This document shows positions 59,356 through 64,000 of a stretch of DNA of 64,000 bases, piece by piece. The notes beneath the pieces are model-generated. The model was not told where the DNA came from. It made no database searches and saw only the letters and a program-made list of their open reading frames with translations. This stretch comes from Antedon mediterranea (taxonomy: Eukaryota; Animalia; Echinodermata). Both the position numbers and the translations under genes were made by a program. The stretch is taken from NCBI RefSeq assembly GCF_964355755.1, contig NC_092670.1, positions 3,710,201 through 3,774,200 of the forward strand, written 5' to 3'. Numbering within the stretch: the stretch's first letter is position 1; every line of letters starts with the position of its first letter.

Positions 59356-61110
59356 TAATTAGTAAAAATCTCACAGTTTTCCATTTCTTCTGTGATAGTG
59401 TTATTCTGTGTAATTTTAAGAGATTGTTGAGCTTCTTGTACTGCTTTTACTGATATAAGTTGTGTACTTGTTTATTTACTTGTTGAAGGTTTCTCCTTTT
59501 TGATTTCACAATATAATGCATCAATGTTTGTTTCTGGTTGTTGTCTTTTAGATGTGTTTGCAATTGTTATACTGTAGTTTTGTTGTTCCACTTTGGTCTC
59601 TGCAACATCAGAAGTTCCATAGTCAATGTTTCTTTGATAAAGCACTTGTTGATGTTTGTTGTCATGTTTCCTGCTGTCATGTTTCCTTTTTAGTATGTAG
59701 AGAAACAAAATGAAGACAATAACCATCAATGTAATAGTACTTGTTGCTAGAACCATTATAATTATTTTATCACTGCTCCTTTTCTGTTTGTTGTTGATAT
59801 CATTTACTGTGTTGTAGTTTGGGAAAGTTGTCACTTTGTCTACTACATCTTTAATTGTGAATTCTACCTCAACAAATCCTTTCTGAATCTCTGTACTCAC
59901 CAGACATTTGACAGTGTAATCACCAGCTGGTAAATTGTTAAAACATCTTTCGTCTGTCTCTTGCTGGTCATCATTCTCTGTCATTCTTTTTTCATTCAAA
60001 CTCCAGTTGTAAATTTTCTTGTGACTAGATCCACCTGCTGCATAGCACTTAAAGCAATTTAGATTCACTGTCGAGACTTCAGACGTTACATATAACCTCT
60101 TGACCTCCACCATTAATTGTGGGTGAACCTTCAATATCAATTGTAACACCAAGTTTAAAAATTGTTGTTTTTTGATAATCTTGAAATACAGCAGAAAAAT
60201 ATACCTTCTCCAGAATAAAAACCATAAATCTTATAGTTTATACTGCCATTGTTCGTATCTAAAATATAATTATAAGACTGTGTACTTTTGTAAGTTCCTT
60301 GTATCCAACCAATTGTGACTTCATTTTTAAAATCATTGCTGATATTACACTTAATTTGTACTTCCTCTCCTTCAACAATGTCTTTCAAACCTTCACATGA
60401 AACCTGTTTAAAGTTATTTGTCCGTGCAACACCAGATGAAGCAACCAAATACTGTAGCTTGTCACTATCCTCACAGGTGTATATTCCTTGTACTTCCTGT
60501 GCAGCAAAAGATATGAAAAGTGGACATCTAATTGTAATTGACTTTTCTGATGTAAGATGCATTAGGCATTTCTCTCCCCTAGCAGAATCAGTCCATTTCA
60601 CCCGGGTTTTTGAAAAAATCCGGGTAATAAATCTTGGTCTGTTTTAAACAATTTACGAGTTCTGATTGTTTATCTTGACACACATGAAAGGCCAGCTGGA
60701 GTGTGACAGACACTTCACTACAGAAATTGCTGAAAACCACATAGGAATTTTCATGAGCTGTCCATGTGACCTTGTTGTAAATGACCTAATAGTACCCTTG
60801 GGTTGTAATTGATGGGCAGTTAATATAATCAAATTAAAATTGTGTGTTTTATGGGCTGATAATCTTGACAGACCTGTGGACCATTTCTGCTAAGGGAGAG
60901 TTTTGCCTCATATGTGTACTGAGTATTATTATTTAGGACAGTAAAATCTTCTCCAGTAGAAACAACTTGGTATTCTTTATTTGCAGGTACAATTGTCAGA
61001 GACTGTTTAAAGTTTGACGAGTAATAATAATACATATTATGCTCAAGCAAACTTTCTGAAGCTCCTAAGTTGATCATTACAAAGATGATATTACAGTAAA
61101 TTAAATTCAT
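59356..61110 (-). pseudogene. Ig-like receptor copy 6 (ectodomain B + tail 2), disrupted
   Basis: ATG at 61110 (MNLIYCNIIFVMINLGASES). Lesions: ~365-bp insertion at ~60549-60913, nonsense TAA plus 1-nt deletion near 60143-60157, and a stop in the tail at 59472. Confidence 0.85.
60563..60909. mobile_element. MITE inserted in receptor copy 6
   Basis: Imperfect TIRs AGGCATTTCTCTCCCCTAGCAGAATCAGTCCA / TGGACCATTTCTGCTAAGGGAGAGTTTTGCCT. Absent from copy 4. No clean TSD. Confidence 0.7.
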
Positions 61111-61124
61111 CTTCAAAATTACTC

Positions 61125-61815
61125 TAGTAGCTAGATCAACTTTCGTATGCACTTCGAGGTCCAGAGAATTTGACTTCAGAAATTGGTTTAGGATGGTCAA
61201 ACAATCATTTTTGGCTTGGTTACACATTTTGAAAATGTGGCGAAAGGTCAAAAGGTCAGGGTGAAAGGTCATAAGACCACACACCAATATGTCCTTAAAT
61301 CTCAACAACCACTGGTCACAGCAAAGTAATTTTGGTCTCAAATTGATCAGAAGGTATACATTTATATTCAGTCTAATGGGACATTTTACTAAAAAATGAC
61401 CGGAAATGCCATTTCTGACCTTTGACCCACACCTCAGGGCATGTATGTATCTCCGTAACTACTGATCGTAGACACTTAAATTTGGTCTTAAATTGTTTGA
61501 AATAAATATTTATTATTTGTAGCACATTTTTAAAAATGTTACAAAAGGTCAAAGGGTCAAGGTCAAAGGTTATATGAACAAATAAAAATAGATACTTGTA
61601 TCTCGGCAACCACTCGTCGCAGCAAGCCAATTTTAGTCTCAAAATGTTCAGAAGGCATGTTTTCATATTCAATCTAATGGGACATTTTAGTCAAAAATTA
61701 TCAGAAATGCCATTTCTGACCTTTGACCCACATATCATGGCATCTTCATATCTCTGTAAGTACTGGTTGTAGAAACTTAAATTTGGTATCAAATTGTTCG
61801 AAATATACATATTTA
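61125..61815. mobile_element. DNA-transposon-like arm with ~300-bp tandem subrepeats rich in AAGGTCA/TGACCTT
   Basis: Begins where homology to the copy-4 upstream sequence is lost, about 15 bp before the copy-6 ATG. Units start at ~61223 and ~61523. Confidence 0.6.
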
Positions 61816-64000
61816 CATTCATTGTAATAGAAAATGTGGTTAAAAGATGAACAGAAATACTATTACTAATGTTTCAAACAAAAAACATATCTCTACATAA
61901 CTTATCCTTAGACAGTAATGTTATGCAATAACTGATACTTTAAATTGTTTCAATTTCAAGTACTAGTTATTGCTGTCCCCAAGAACATTTTGATAGAAAC
62001 GTCAAGCTCAACAGTTCTTTTCAGAATGCTAGAAGTAACTTGCCATGTGTATCCGATTAAACTCCCCGGGCATTTATTGTTCAAAGGGGTTTTTAGGGGC
62101 AGGGGAGGCATCTTTATTTGTGGTATAATATGGTAATATGTATAATCAAATAAATACCACCTAGATGTAAAAAAAAATACAGCACAATTAATATCAAAAA
62201 GTGAAAAAAATGCTTGGTAAATTGTAGATTATGGTAGTTATGTAATGTGTTGTGATACAATTATTGTGTAAATGCATGTGGCGGGCGTATTCCACATGGT
62301 GTTCTATTAGAGGGAATGGTGGCGTTTATTTGAGAGAGGCTTTTATTCAAAGCGGGTGTTAATTCGAATAAATACTCTAATTTTAATAATTATAATTCGT
62401 TTCTCAACTGATAAAAGGTACTTTACATGATTCGTTTTCTTCTTTATGCTTTTTAACGAAATGTTTCTGTCTTTTAGAATAAAAGTGACACTGTCATAGA
62501 TAACATTAAATGGATATTCTCTTCCAGGTGCCAGTATAATGAAATAAAACAATGACATATCATTATCCTGACACAATTGCACTCATAATGGATCTTCATT
62601 CTATCATCTGTTTGTTTGTGACTACAATTTGACAACAATCTTTTGCATATTTTTAAATGCCAATACATATATAGCTTCATTACTATTGTACAATATGTCC
62701 AGCTTTCCTGAAAACACCCTTGTGTACTGTAGTACAGTGTTGTAGTATGATTTTATCATGATAACTTCTGATGCTTTTATTGTCAATGAATTCAGTACCT
62801 AAAACAGTGGTATTGATAATAAATCTCCAGAAATATATATTGTTTTATTATCTACAATGGGAACAGACGTGTATAATATACACCGACAAAACTTATACAT
62901 ATTATGTATAAGTTTTGTCGGTAACATTCAAAAATATTATGCAACAGTGTTACGGAATAATGACAATGAATTGGTCTATTATAGTTGTCTGTGATACCTT
63001 TTATTACATGATTGTACTTGCAACAGGATAGAATGAGGTTTAATCCAGTTATTATTCTTATTATATTAATTTTTTTTTTTTTTATCTGGGGTGTATTTAT
63101 TTGATTATACATGTTACCATTATTACACCCAAACAAAATAAACGCCTTCCCTGAATAACTAAATGCCCGGACCTTTTATTCGGGTAACTATAGTAAGTTA
63201 CTTCTAGCATTCTTAACTGTTGAGCTCGAGTATTTATTCGAATTAACACCCGCTTTGAATAAAAGCCTTCATTCCCTCCAATAGGAACATCATGTGGAAT
63301 AAACGCTCCGCCACATGCATTTACAAAATAATTGTATCACAACACATTTCATTAATTACCATAATCTACAATTTACCAAGCATTTTGACATAATGTTATC
63401 ATTTTTTTATATTAATTGTGCTGTATTTTTTTACATCTAGGTGGTATTTATTTGATTATACATGTTACCATATTATACCCCAAATAAAGATGCCTCCCCT
63501 TCCCCCTAAAAACCCTTTTGAACAATAAATGCCCGGGGCGTTTAATCGGATACACATGGCAAGTTACTTCTAGCATTCTGAAAAGAACTGTTGAGCTTGA
63601 CGTTTATATCAAAATGTTCTCGTGGACAGCAATAACTAGTAGGCCTACTTGAAATTGAAACAATTTAAAGTATCATATTGCATAACATTACTGTCTAAAG
63701 ATAAGTTGTGTAGAGATATGTTTTTTGTTTGAAACATTAGTAATAGTATTTTCTGTTCATCTTTTAACCACATTTTCTATTACAATGAATGTAAATATGT
63801 ATATTTCGAACAATTTGATACCAAATTTAAGTTTCTACGACCAGTACTTACAGAGATATGAAGATGCCCTGGTATGTGGGTCAAAGGTCAGAAAGGGCAT
63901 TTCTGATCATTTTTGACTAAAATTCCCCATTAGACTGAATATGAATGCATGCCTTCTGAACATTTTGAGACCAAAATTGACTTGCTGCGACCAGTGGTTG
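61607..64000. repeat. Long inverted repeat: arms 61607-62377 and 63229-64000 (open-ended), ~850-bp spacer
   Basis: Continuous reverse-complement match with small indels, e.g. aaagcgggtgttaattcgaataaatactc / gagtatttattcgaattaacacccgcttt, and tcttttcagaatgctagaagtaacttgccatgtgtatccgattaaa / its reverse complement at ~63541-63586. Confidence 0.92.

Noticed and set aside
60549-60917. Rescue of copy 6 by splicing out the insertion as an intron
   Set aside because: The candidate GT and AG sites do not restore the frame, and a separate stop plus frameshift lies downstream.

Overview
AT-rich animal genomic DNA with short GT-AG introns and many SINE, LINE and MITE fragments. It is probably a marine invertebrate, possibly an echinoderm (inference only). 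The left two-thirds hold two head-to-head gene pairs: COPS3 (-) / FBF1 (+), and sphingosine kinase (-) / an EF-hand + WD40 gene of the WDR49/WDY/EFCAB8 family (+). Between the pairs sits a 3.8-kb long-TIR composite DNA transposon. The most striking feature starts at 43 kb. There, apparently inside one intron (>21 kb) of the WD40 gene and on the opposite strand, lies a tandem array of six genes or pseudogenes with a single coding exon each. They encode type-I membrane proteins: signal peptide, three atypical Ig-like domains, one TM helix and a Tyr-motif cytoplasmic tail. Two ectodomain types (A, B) and two unrelated tail types (1, 2) occur as A1, A2, A2, B2(pseudo), A1, B2(pseudo). This pattern fits anti-Lepore-type recombination that swapped signalling tails, plus gene conversion and birth-and-death evolution, making it a candidate undescribed immune or recognition receptor locus. 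The window ends in a long inverted repeat that runs off the edge. All calls come from manual reading; no database searches were run.
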